Assembly (NCBI GenBank): GCA_046598345.1
Contig: JBKJIT010000001.1
Coordinates: forward strand, 108,251 to 172,250
Direction of reading: 5' to 3'
DNA: 64,000 nt
Source of the DNA: Minisyncoccia bacterium
GTDB lineage: Bacteria; Patescibacteriota; Minisyncoccia; Phycocordibacterales; UBA918
Below the pieces are notes generated by a model, which was not told the DNA's origin, searched no databases, and saw only the letters and a list, made by a program, of their open reading frames with translations. Positions 55,733 through 64,000 of the stretch are shown one piece after another (position 1 is the stretch's first letter; every line of letters begins with the position of its first letter). A program made the position numbers and the translations under genes.

Positions 55733-58267
55733 ATGTCATTTCTCGATAGATTTTTCGGCCCCACTTACGAAAAGGAGCTTAAGGAAATTAAGCCTATTGT
55801 GGCAAAAATTAATGAGCTGGGAGAAGTCATGAAAGCCCTCAGTGATGCAGATTTGTCTGCGAAAACTGATGCGTTTAAAGCACTTCTTACAGAAGGAAAG
55901 ACACTCGACGACATACTTCCTCAGGCATTTGCTGCGGTCCGCGAGGCTAGTACCCGAACGCTTGGGCAACGTCACTACGATGAGCAGCTCATCGGTGGAA
56001 TCATTCTTCATCGCGGCAAGATTACTGAGATGCGTACGGGAGAAGGAAAGACATTGGTAGGAACTTTGCCTGCGTACCTCAATGCACTCTCTGGAGAGGG
56101 TGTGCACGTGATCACCGTGAACGATTACCTCGCGCGTCGTGACGCGGTGTGGATGGGTCAAATTTATGCAAAACTTGGATTACGTGTCGGTATCATAAAT
56201 CAAAATGAATCGTATCTCTATGATCCAGAACATCAGAACAAGGATTCTGAACGTGATGCCGAAGGTTCGTTCAGGGTTGTGTATGAATTTCTTCGACCGA
56301 CATCACGTAAGGACGCATATGCTGCTGACATTACGTACGGAACAAACAATGAGTACGGTTTTGATTATCTCCGTGACAATATTGAATTTGATGCAGATCG
56401 ACTTCGACAGCGAGGACATCATTTTGCGATTATCGACGAAGTTGACTCTATTTTAATTGACGAAGCGAGAACCCCACTTATTATCTCCGCCCCCGCTGAA
56501 GACTCAGAGGATCTCTATACGGTTTTTGCTGGTATCGCAGGAAAGCTCATGCCAGAAACGCATTACAATATTGATGAGAAACTGAAAAGCGCGACTTTGA
56601 CCGACGAAGGGGTGGAGTTTGCGGAAAAGATTTTAGGCATTGGAAACATTTATACCGATAAAGGTATTAAGTACGTGCATCATCTTGAAACGGCCGTGCG
56701 CGCAAAGGCGCTCTACAGTCGTGACAAAGAATATGTCGTGAAGGATAACGAGGTCGTTATTGTGGATGAATTTACGGGACGGCTGCAACCTGGACGACGG
56801 TGGTCTGATGGACTACATCAGGCGGTTGAAGCAAAGGAAGGGGTCTCGATTCAGAAAGAGTCACGTACGTACGCTTCGATTACATTTCAAAACTATTTTA
56901 GAATGTACGAAAAGCTCGCTGGTATGACTGGTACAGCACTTACCTCACAGGAAGAATTTTACTCCGTGTACAAACTGGATGTAATTCCTGTACCAACGCA
57001 TCTTCCCGTAAAGCGCACCGACCGCAATGATCTTATCTTCCAGACGGAGCGCGGGAAGATAGAGGCGATCATTCGAAAGATCAAGGAGGTACACGAGACC
57101 GGGCAGCCAATGCTTATCGGTACCGCATCGATTGATAAAAACGAACTCCTCGCCACTCACTTAGCGAAAGCGGGGGTTCCATTCCAAATGCTTAATGCGA
57201 AGAACCACGAACGAGAAGGAGAGATAATTGCGGAAGCGGGTGAGAAGGGCCGCGTGACACTCGCAACGAATATGGCGGGTCGTGGTGTCGACATCAAGCT
57301 CGGCGGTGTGCATGCGACCAAGGAAGAGGCTGAGGAAGTCAAAGCACTAGGAGGACTTTTCGTCCTTGGTACTGAGCGTCACGAAGCAAGACGCATTGAT
57401 AATCAGCTCCGTGGTCGTGCAGGACGTCAGGGAGATTTCGGAGAGACACAGTTTTTTGTATCCATGGAGGATTCTTTGATGCGCGTGTTTGCAAGCGACA
57501 TGGTAAAAAATATGATGGGGCGCTTAGGTATTCCAGAGGATCAGCCTATCGAAAATACTATGATCACGAGGTCGCTTGAATCAGCGCAAAAAAAGATTGA
57601 AGGGTTTCACTTTGATGCAAGGAAGCAAGTCCTCGCCTACGACAATGTGCTTAACCAACAGCGACATATAATCTATGAACGACGGGAAAAGCTACTCTCG
57701 GGTCACGTAGAAGATGTCGAACGGTTGCTTGCTGAAGTTGTCGCATTTGCGCCAGGCGTGGAGCGTGCGATTGAATCTCGAAAACATGAGCTCGGAGAGA
57801 CTGCTTGGATGGAAGTGGTTCGTAGACTCATGCTTCAAGTAAACGATATCCTTTGGGTAGAGCACCTTGAAGTTATGCAACATACACGTTCGAGCGTGAG
57901 TCTACGTGCATACGGTCAGCAGGATCCATTAATTGAGTACCGCAAGGAGGCAATTCGTTTATTTCGAGAAATGGAAGAAGCTGCACTTCACCGGATTGCT
58001 GAGCTCATTCCTACCGTGCGTGTGGAGGCTGTAGAGAAAGAAGAAGAGGCCCTCCGAAAAGCACAGGCTCACGCACAAATTGCAGGGGGATCCCTCGCTG
58101 CAGTGGACGCGCAATCAGGAATTCCGGGAACGCCTGTACGCAAGGAAGATCGTACGGGACGCAATGAGTTTGTAACGATCACGAATGGTAACGAGACAAA
58201 GGAGATGAAATACAAGAAAGCCGAACCTCTCCTCCAAAGTGGGGAGTGGACACTCGTGACGAAATAG
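55733..58267 (+). CDS. secA: preprotein translocase ATPase SecA
   Basis: 844 aa. N-terminal MSFLDRFFG. DEAD-like motor motifs MRTGEGKT and DEVDSILIDEARTPLIIS. Confidence 0.92.
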   Translation: MSFLDRFFGPTYEKELKEIKPIVAKINELGEVMKALSDADLSAKTDAFKALLTEGKTLDDILPQAFAAVREASTRTLGQRHYDEQLIGGIILHRGKITEMRTGEGKTLVGTLPAYLNALSGEGVHVITVNDYLARRDAVWMGQIYAKLGLRVGIINQNESYLYDPEHQNKDSERDAEGSFRVVYEFLRPTSRKDAYAADITYGTNNEYGFDYLRDNIEFDADRLRQRGHHFAIIDEVDSILIDEARTPLIISAPAEDSEDLYTVFAGIAGKLMPETHYNIDEKLKSATLTDEGVEFAEKILGIGNIYTDKGIKYVHHLETAVRAKALYSRDKEYVVKDNEVVIVDEFTGRLQPGRRWSDGLHQAVEAKEGVSIQKESRTYASITFQNYFRMYEKLAGMTGTALTSQEEFYSVYKLDVIPVPTHLPVKRTDRNDLIFQTERGKIEAIIRKIKEVHETGQPMLIGTASIDKNELLATHLAKAGVPFQMLNAKNHEREGEIIAEAGEKGRVTLATNMAGRGVDIKLGGVHATKEEAEEVKALGGLFVLGTERHEARRIDNQLRGRAGRQGDFGETQFFVSMEDSLMRVFASDMVKNMMGRLGIPEDQPIENTMITRSLESAQKKIEGFHFDARKQVLAYDNVLNQQRHIIYERREKLLSGHVEDVERLLAEVVAFAPGVERAIESRKHELGETAWMEVVRRLMLQVNDILWVEHLEVMQHTRSSVSLRAYGQQDPLIEYRKEAIRLFREMEEAALHRIAELIPTVRVEAVEKEEEALRKAQAHAQIAGGSLAAVDAQSGIPGTPVRKEDRTGRNEFVTITNGNETKEMKYKKAEPLLQSGEWTLVTK

Positions 58268-58327
58268 TGCTGTCGAGCACAAAAAATCCTGAGCCTCCGC
58301 TCAGGATTTTTTGTGCTCGACAGCACT
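58267..58327. terminator. long perfect palindrome (about 28-bp stem) acting as bidirectional terminator after secA
   Basis: gtgctgtcgagcacaaaaaatcctgagc ctccg gctcaggattttttgtgctcgacagcac. Confidence 0.65.
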
Positions 58328-58350
58328 CTGAAAGGGAGTACTATGTACCC

Positions 58351-58686
58351 ATGCATTTTATTCTTCGCACCGTTGCCACCGCACTCGCACTCATCCTCGT
58401 TGCGTACCTGCTTCCAGGAATCGAGGTTACGGGCATATATCCTGCAATTATTGCAGCTCTTATTTTGGGCCTTCTCAATGCGATTGTTCGACCAATTCTT
58501 ATTTTTCTCACACTCCCAGTAACAATAGTAACTCTCGGCCTCTTTATTTTTGTGATTAACGCCGTACTGTTTTCCTGGGTTGCGACCTTTGTTGATGGAT
58601 TTGAAATTACGGGTGGTTTTCTCGCATCCCTCATAGGCTCCATCCTCGTGAGTATCGTGAGTTCGCTCATGAGTAAAATCGCTTAA
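58351..58686 (+). CDS. DUF360/YvlD-like small membrane protein (phage-holin-4 superfamily fold)
   Basis: 4 TM about 110 aa. Conserved GIEVTG and LPVTIVTLGLF patterns. Confidence 0.5.
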   Translation: MHFILRTVATALALILVAYLLPGIEVTGIYPAIIAALILGLLNAIVRPILIFLTLPVTIVTLGLFIFVINAVLFSWVATFVDGFEITGGFLASLIGSILVSIVSSLMSKIA

Positions 58687-58706
58687 GTATGAAGGAGGTT
58701 CGGCAC

Positions 58707-59342
58707 ATGGGTATTTTGGTGCTCATTGTATGCCTCATAGTCGTATCCCTTGTGGGCGTCATGTGGGACATTCCACTTGATCACATTGTTGCCTATGCAG
58801 AAACACACAGGCTCTTAGGAGCGTTCCTTTTTGCACTCCTCATGTTCGCTTCTACCGTGTTTGCTCCACTCACGACACTTCCTCTCGTTCCACTCCTTGC
58901 ACCCATCCTGGGTCCGTTCACTACAGCGATAGCAAGCATTATCGGATGGACTACGGGTGCCACAGTCGCATTTCTTATTGCGCGTCACGGGGGACGCCCG
59001 GCACTCCTTCGGCATGTTGATCTACAGAAGGTTGAGCGATACGAATCTCTGCTTCCCAAGGAAACACACTTCCTCGCACTCGTCATGCTTCGCATGCTTA
59101 TACCGGTTGATCTACTCAGCTACGCGCTCGGGTTTTTAAGTACCGTAAAACTCGGGGAGTACGTGCTCACAACGATTATTGGTGTGTCGTGGTTCTCGTT
59201 TGCCTTTGCGTACATGGGGGATGCCATCATGAGTCGGAACTATGTACTTTTGGGCGGGATCGGTGTAGCATCAATCCTCGTGCTCAGTATTGCGTACAGC
59301 TATCTACGGAAAGGAAAACGCAAAAACACTGATCCCACATAA
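58707..59342 (+). CDS. TVP38/TMEM64 (DedA-like) family membrane protein
   Basis: RBS GAAGGAGG then ATG at 58707. Multi-TM. Confidence 0.55.
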   Translation: MGILVLIVCLIVVSLVGVMWDIPLDHIVAYAETHRLLGAFLFALLMFASTVFAPLTTLPLVPLLAPILGPFTTAIASIIGWTTGATVAFLIARHGGRPALLRHVDLQKVERYESLLPKETHFLALVMLRMLIPVDLLSYALGFLSTVKLGEYVLTTIIGVSWFSFAFAYMGDAIMSRNYVLLGGIGVASILVLSIAYSYLRKGKRKNTDPT

Positions 59343-59345
59343 ACT

Positions 59346-60350
59346 ATGTTTGTTGATGAATTAGAAATTGCAGCCATCGCGGGAACGGGGGGGCCGGGAG
59401 TCGTCCGTTGGCGACGCGAAAAGTCTGAACCTCTCGGAGGGCCTAATGGTGGAAATGGAGGAAGGGGCGGCGACGTTTATATGCGTGCTGTCAGGGATCT
59501 AAGCCTGCTTTCCAAATATACAGGATCAAAGGAATTTGCGGCAGGAAACGGTGATGCCGGAGGCAATAGTAGTCAGCATGGGCATGACGGAAAGGATTAC
59601 ATCATAGATGTCCCGGTAGGCGCTACAGTGACCGATTTGGCTCGTGAACGCGTTTTTACATTTAATACAGTTGGTGAGACCCACAAGATACTCCAAGGTG
59701 GGCACGGTGGTCTCGGAAATGAGTATTTCAAATCGTCCACTAATCGGTCTCCCGATCGTGCGACTACTGGAAAAGCGGGGGAGACGGGAAGGTTCTTAAT
59801 TGAACTTTCGCTTATTGTTGATGTTGGACTTGTCGGTTTTCCAAATGCTGGAAAATCAACACTTATTAATGCGCTCACGAATACGAGGGCTAAAGTAGGT
59901 GCGTATCCCTTTACGACCTTAGAGCCTCATCTCGGGGATTTGTATGGATTTGTTATTGCAGACATCCCAGGGCTTATTGAGGGTGCCTCAGAAGGAAAAG
60001 GATTGGGACATAAATTTCTGCGTCATGTGAGCCGTACCAAGATGATCCTACATTTAATTTCACTTGAACAAGAGGATGTTCTAGATGCCTACCGCATAAT
60101 TCACGAAGAGCTCGAAAAACATGACCCTGCACTGCTTCAAAAAAATGAGTGGGTACTCCTTACAAAAAGTGATCTGGTTTCAGGAGATGATGCTGAGGCT
60201 GCAAAGAAACTTCTCGCTAAAATCAGCCCTAATGTATTTGTTGTCTCATCAGAAACAGGGGAGTCCATAAAAGAACTCTCTGACTCGCTCGTGCTGTACC
60301 TTCGAAATAGTGAAAAAGAGGATGAAAAAAGTGCGACCTCTCCAAAATAA
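59346..60350 (+). CDS. obg: GTPase Obg/CgtA
   Basis: Gly-rich N-terminal Obg fold GGPNGGNGGRGGDVY. G1 GFPNAGKST. G3 DIPG. Confidence 0.9.
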   Translation: MFVDELEIAAIAGTGGPGVVRWRREKSEPLGGPNGGNGGRGGDVYMRAVRDLSLLSKYTGSKEFAAGNGDAGGNSSQHGHDGKDYIIDVPVGATVTDLARERVFTFNTVGETHKILQGGHGGLGNEYFKSSTNRSPDRATTGKAGETGRFLIELSLIVDVGLVGFPNAGKSTLINALTNTRAKVGAYPFTTLEPHLGDLYGFVIADIPGLIEGASEGKGLGHKFLRHVSRTKMILHLISLEQEDVLDAYRIIHEELEKHDPALLQKNEWVLLTKSDLVSGDDAEAAKKLLAKISPNVFVVSSETGESIKELSDSLVLYLRNSEKEDEKSATSPK

Positions 60351-60501
60351 TTTCTGTACCAACCGCGACATTATTTTTATAAAAGAGGTTTTATTTATAT
60401 TTTAAGCCGTACAATTCTAGCCTGGAAACAGGATATTGACATAAATGAGAAACGTGTGATTTTAACTTGCCAAATAGCCCTGTAACGCTACTATACACAC
60501 C

Positions 60502-61935
60502 ATGCAAACGGAGGAAAAAACTACAGATACAGTCTACCGACCGACAATTGGAATTGAAGTTCATGCAGAACTGAAGACCAAAACAAAAATGTTTTGTGAT
60601 TCTGCTAATGCTCCACACACTGGGGAACCAAATACGCACATTTGTCCGGTCTGTCTCGCTCATCCGGGGACTCTTCCTGTCATTAATAAAGAGGCAGTAA
60701 AGCATGTGCTTAAAGTAGGACTAGCACTCGGTAGTGAGCTCGCCTCGTATACAGAGTTTGATCGCAAAAATTATTTTTATCCAGATATTCCGAAAGGGTA
60801 TCAAATTAGTCAGTACATCTATCCGTTGGTAAAAGGTGGTGTTCTTGAAGGAGTCGCGATTACCAGAGTTCATCTTGAGGAAGACACTGCACGTTCACAG
60901 CATGAATCGGGAGAAGGAAGTCTCATTGATTATAATCGGGCAGGAGTTCCGCTCATGGAACTGGTTACCGAACCAGTAATTCATTCTGCAAAAGATGCAG
61001 CAAACTTTGCACGTGAACTTCAGCTTCTTCTCCGGACTCTCGGGGTTTCAGACGCAAACATGGAACAGGGGGAAATGCGAGTTGAAGCAAATATCTCTAT
61101 AAGTAGTACGGATACATTTGGTACTAAAGTAGAAGTAAAAAACTTAAATTCATTCAAGTCCGTCGAAAGTGCGATTATCTATGAAATTGACCGCCAGAAA
61201 GAACTCCTTGAGAAGGGTGAAATGGTGGTTCAGGAAACAAGGGGATGGGACGAGATTAAATCGCGCACGTTCTCACAACGCCTAAAAGAAACCGCGCACG
61301 AGTACCGCTACTTCCCAGATCCTGATTTGCCTAAGTTGGATTTAACGTCGTATTCTGAATTTTCAGTATCTCGTCTACAGCAGGAAATACCACTTTTACC
61401 CTCAATTCTGCGCGAAAAATATAGTTATCTTGGATTGACGAGAGAACACATTGAAATAATTATTGCTGATACAGTCTTGCGAGTATTTTTTGCTGCAGTG
61501 CTTCTGCATACGAATGATAATCAGAAGCTCGCAACTCTTTCTGCGAATTATCTGACTTCTGATATTGGGCAACTTCGTATGAATGGATTGGTTCTTAATC
61601 CAAGTCGTTCAGAGGCCTTTGTTTCTTTGATGAAAATGGTGGAGGAAGGTAAAATCACCTCACGAGTTGCTAAAGATTTACTTTTGGAAGTATTGGAAAG
61701 TGAAGTAAATCCTCAGGATTTAGCTGAATCTCGTGGACTCTTACAAAATAATTCTAGTGATGCACTTCGGGTTGTGGTTTTGGAGGTTATTGCACTGAAC
61801 GAGAGTGTGGTTCTGGAATACCGAGCAGGGAAGATCACATCACTGCAATTTCTTGTTGGACAGGGTATGAAGGCAACTAAGGGATCTGCCAATCCAACAC
61901 TACTCGCAGAACTGTTTGTCGCGGAGCTTCAGTAA
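60502..61935 (+). CDS. gatB: Asp-tRNA(Asn)/Glu-tRNA(Gln) amidotransferase subunit B
   Basis: IGIEVHAEL, CPVCLAHPGTLPV, C-terminal YqeY-like tail. 477 aa. Confidence 0.9.
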   Translation: MQTEEKTTDTVYRPTIGIEVHAELKTKTKMFCDSANAPHTGEPNTHICPVCLAHPGTLPVINKEAVKHVLKVGLALGSELASYTEFDRKNYFYPDIPKGYQISQYIYPLVKGGVLEGVAITRVHLEEDTARSQHESGEGSLIDYNRAGVPLMELVTEPVIHSAKDAANFARELQLLLRTLGVSDANMEQGEMRVEANISISSTDTFGTKVEVKNLNSFKSVESAIIYEIDRQKELLEKGEMVVQETRGWDEIKSRTFSQRLKETAHEYRYFPDPDLPKLDLTSYSEFSVSRLQQEIPLLPSILREKYSYLGLTREHIEIIIADTVLRVFFAAVLLHTNDNQKLATLSANYLTSDIGQLRMNGLVLNPSRSEAFVSLMKMVEEGKITSRVAKDLLLEVLESEVNPQDLAESRGLLQNNSSDALRVVVLEVIALNESVVLEYRAGKITSLQFLVGQGMKATKGSANPTLLAELFVAELQ

Positions 61936-62035
61936 AATAAATCGTTATCTCGGATTGACGCTGTAAAGCTATCCACCATGTATTTGCATGATATCTCTGG
62001 TATTCCAGGGCGGTTCTTGTATACTTGTCGTGATG

Positions 62036-62983
62036 GATACACTCGTTCTTGATGGGAAGAGTTTTATGAAAGCGTCTAAGGCTGCGCGAGATCTCGGCTA
62101 CACTGCTGATTACGTTGGTCAACTTTGTAGAAGTGGAAAGGTCCCTGCACACCTTGTGGGAAGAACCTGGTACGTGGATGCAGCACACCTCGGTGAGCAT
62201 CGGGTTGAAAAGAAGCGTATGGCACGAGTTAAAGCTCGTGAGCAGGCACACAAAGCACTTGAGGAACACAGGTTACTTCGAATTCAGACGGAAACTGATC
62301 CAAAGCCAGGGCGGCGAATTGCCTATGCAGAAGATCGGAGTGAGCTGATTCCAAAGCCCCGTAAGCTTACTATTGCAAGTGAGTACGAGCCTCGAGAGCC
62401 TGTTGTTTTAGAGGAAACTGCTGATCCTTTTATTATCGAAAATAAGGGAGAGAAAATCCTCATGGAGGGCAAAATTAAGATTTTTGATGCAAATGATGAT
62501 GCGCTTACTGACCCAGACACAATAATTCTTCATCCAAAAATACAGAGAAAACATGGAAAACCTGAAGTAATAGAAGTGAGCGAGAAGAAAACACCAACAG
62601 CCCATGAGGTGCACTTAATTGTTTCCGAGGAAATAGGGGAAACTGAGGTTGATCTACCTATTCAGACCGATTCAGTACCTTCTAAGCCCGCCTTTGCAAG
62701 CTTTGCTGATCGTCTTGAGAGCATGGAAGACACAAAAGTTCCTGCAGTAAGTAGTAAGCCTATTCCAGATCAAGAACCAGTAGTTTCACCAGTTAAACCA
62801 CCTAGGAAATCGATCGCTGTTCCGCTAAGCGTCATCTTTCTAGCGGTTATCATTATCGTTCTATCATTCGGAGTTGGAAGTCTGTGGCAGGTTACGACAA
62901 GTCAGGATACCTCTGGACTACTCAGTATCTCGTACTACTTCGAAACACAGTCAACCATTAACTTTATATTAAGCAAAATATAG
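62036..62983 (+). CDS. membrane-anchored protein with N-terminal HTH-like domain, basic coiled linker and C-terminal TM
   Basis: KSFMKASKAARDLGYTADYVGQLCRSGKVPAHLVGRTWYV (HTH-like). KR-rich linker. TM IAVPLSVIFLAVIIIVLSF. Paralog of the 63428 gene. Confidence 0.5.
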   Translation, partial: DTLVLDGKSFMKASKAARDLGYTADYVGQLCRSGKVPAHLVGRTWYVDAAHLGEHRVEKKRMARVKAREQAHKALEEHRLLRIQTETDPKPGRRIAYAEDRSELIPKPRKLTIASEYEPREPVVLEETADPFIIENKGEKILMEGKIKIFDANDDALTDPDTIILHPKIQRKHGKPEVIEVSEKKTPTAHEVHLIVSEEIGETEVDLPIQTDSVPSKPAFASFADRLESMEDTKVPAVSSKPIPDQEPVVSPVKPPRKSIAVPLSVIFLAVIIIVLSFGVGSLWQVTTSQDTSGLLSISYYFETQSTINFILSKI

Positions 62984-63261
62984 GTATCTCGTCTAAACTA
63001 TATTAAAAATACTCATAACCTTTGCTTAGGTCACCAGCAAGTGGCGTGTTTCTGGAAGCTGGTGCGCTATTTTGAGATTGTCACTGAGGTGGCATATTTT
63101 CTTTGTAAGGTTACAGACCCTATTCGCCCGTGCTTTTCGAAAATGAACGCCAGCTAGGAAATGTATTCAAAAGTACTGAATGTATGCTGACCGAAGTAAA
63201 AGCGCTGGGTCTGTTTTTTGGATATGTTTCTGTACACATTTCTGTTTCAAAATTCTAATAG

Positions 63262-63285
63262 AAATCCCGTTCGGGATTTTTCTTG
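63262..63285 (+). terminator. rho-independent terminator in the intergenic region, about 280 bp after the nearest upstream stop
   Basis: aaatcccg ttcg ggattttt. Confidence 0.45.
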
Positions 63286-63427
63286 TTTTCGACTGATTTA
63301 TTCGGGTACTTTTTTAAACCTCTCGATTTATTTTTTCCTCCAAAATTCTATTTGGAAAATGTTAATAACTTTCGTATAGAACTAGGCAAAAAAGCTATAT
63401 AATTTATAGACATTTTGTTTTTTGTTC

Positions 63428-64000
63428 ATGTCTGAAACATTGTCACTTTCTGGTCAGGAATTCATCCCCGCAACTATTGCGGGGAAGCACTTTGGATACA
63501 CCGGTGATTACATTTCAAAACTAGCTCGCGAGGGTCAGGTGGAGGGTACGAAAATTGGTAATCAGTGGTTTGTGACGAATGCATCCGTTCAGGCATTTGT
63601 CGAGCATAAGACCATTGAGAAAACTGAACACTATGCGCGTGTACGTGAGGCGCGTAAACGAGAGCTTGTTGAGTACGCAACGAAAAATGAAGAAGCACAT
63701 GCGGAGAAATCGAGAACACACCGGATGTCTGCACTTATTCAAACACTCGTCATTTTAATCCTCGGACTTTCCGTAGGTGCGAGCGGGTACATCATCCGCA
63801 CGACACCTCTTCCGCAAAATGCATCACTCGCAAGCACTTCGTTTTCTGGTCTCGAACGTCTTGCGGTCATGGTCTATACGTTCGTGTCTGGCGAGAAAAA
63901 AACAGCGCCAGCAATCAATACGTTTACGGTTCCTACCGCAGATCTCGCTGCTACACCGGCGTATGCAACAACGACGCACACATCCCTTGTAGTTGCTCCT
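63428..64000 (+). CDS. paralogous HTH-like membrane protein, 3' end beyond the window
   Basis: QEFIPATIAGKHFGYTGDYISKLAREGQVEGTKIGNQWFV aligns with the N-terminus of the 62036 protein. Followed by a KR-rich segment and TM LIQTLVILILGLSVGASGYII. No stop before the window end, so it is absent from the track. Confidence 0.45.
   Translation, partial: MSETLSLSGQEFIPATIAGKHFGYTGDYISKLAREGQVEGTKIGNQWFVTNASVQAFVEHKTIEKTEHYARVREARKRELVEYATKNEEAHAEKSRTHRMSALIQTLVILILGLSVGASGYIIRTTPLPQNASLASTSFSGLERLAVMVYTFVSGEKKTAPAINTFTVPTADLAATPAYATTTHTSLVVAP

Noticed and set aside
1-64000. CRISPR arrays, rRNA genes, integrase/transposase or phage structural genes
   Set aside because: No regularly spaced direct repeats and no recognisable recombinase, transposase or capsid/terminase motifs were seen in any frame. 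The only mobile-like signals are the non-coding IR structures reported above.

Overview
This is a 64 kb window of compact, mostly + strand bacterial sequence with short intergenic spacers. The gene content (standalone tRNA-Ile, a minimal dcw fragment with murD next to murC, murB, secA, obg, gatB, many tiny membrane proteins) suggests an uncultivated, small-genome bacterium, possibly CPR/Patescibacteria-like. That placement is inferred and held with low confidence.

- 1..12 kb, housekeeping and small genes: a cluster of tiny membrane or basic proteins, tRNA-Ile(GAT), murD, murC, a DUF218-like protein, rsmI, a COG1306-type putative glycoside hydrolase, and a HerA/DUF87-like P-loop ATPase carrying a proline/threonine-rich tail.
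- 12.1..53.8 kb, the dominant feature: one roughly 42 kb glycan-biosynthesis supercluster.
  - At least ten GT4/GT-B glycosyltransferases plus one GT8-like enzyme.
  - Five SDR epimerase/dehydratases, two CE4 polysaccharide deacetylases, an ATP-grasp ligase and a PHP phosphoesterase.
  - Two AsnB-type amidotransferases.
  - A sulfotransferase together with a fused ATP-sulfurylase/APS-kinase (PAPS synthase).
  - Four SAM methyltransferases (one class I, one FkbM, two TylF-like) and a PhyH-like 2OG oxygenase.
  - A Kdo-like module: KpsF, a KdsB-like cytidylyltransferase, a UDP-GlcNAc 2-epimerase and a NUDIX hydrolase.
  - A Wzx flippase, a GtrA-like protein, a GT-C-like membrane protein, and an O-antigen-ligase-domain protein fused to TPR repeats.
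  - This content predicts a sulfated, amidated, methylated heteroglycan, which appears to be the most novel system in the window.
- Structural oddities: an FAD oxidoreductase split by a frameshift, a truncated Ugd-like dehydrogenase, a MITE-like inverted-repeat element between the ligase gene and murB, an inverted repeat bracketing the tRNA locus with a duplicated tRNA 5' fragment, and an AT-rich island holding a perfect DnaA-box 9-mer upstream of a 30-aa lysine-rich peptide ORF.
- 3' end (54..64 kb): murB, secA, a DUF360 membrane protein, a DedA/TVP38-like protein, obg, gatB, and two paralogous membrane proteins with an N-terminal HTH-like domain.
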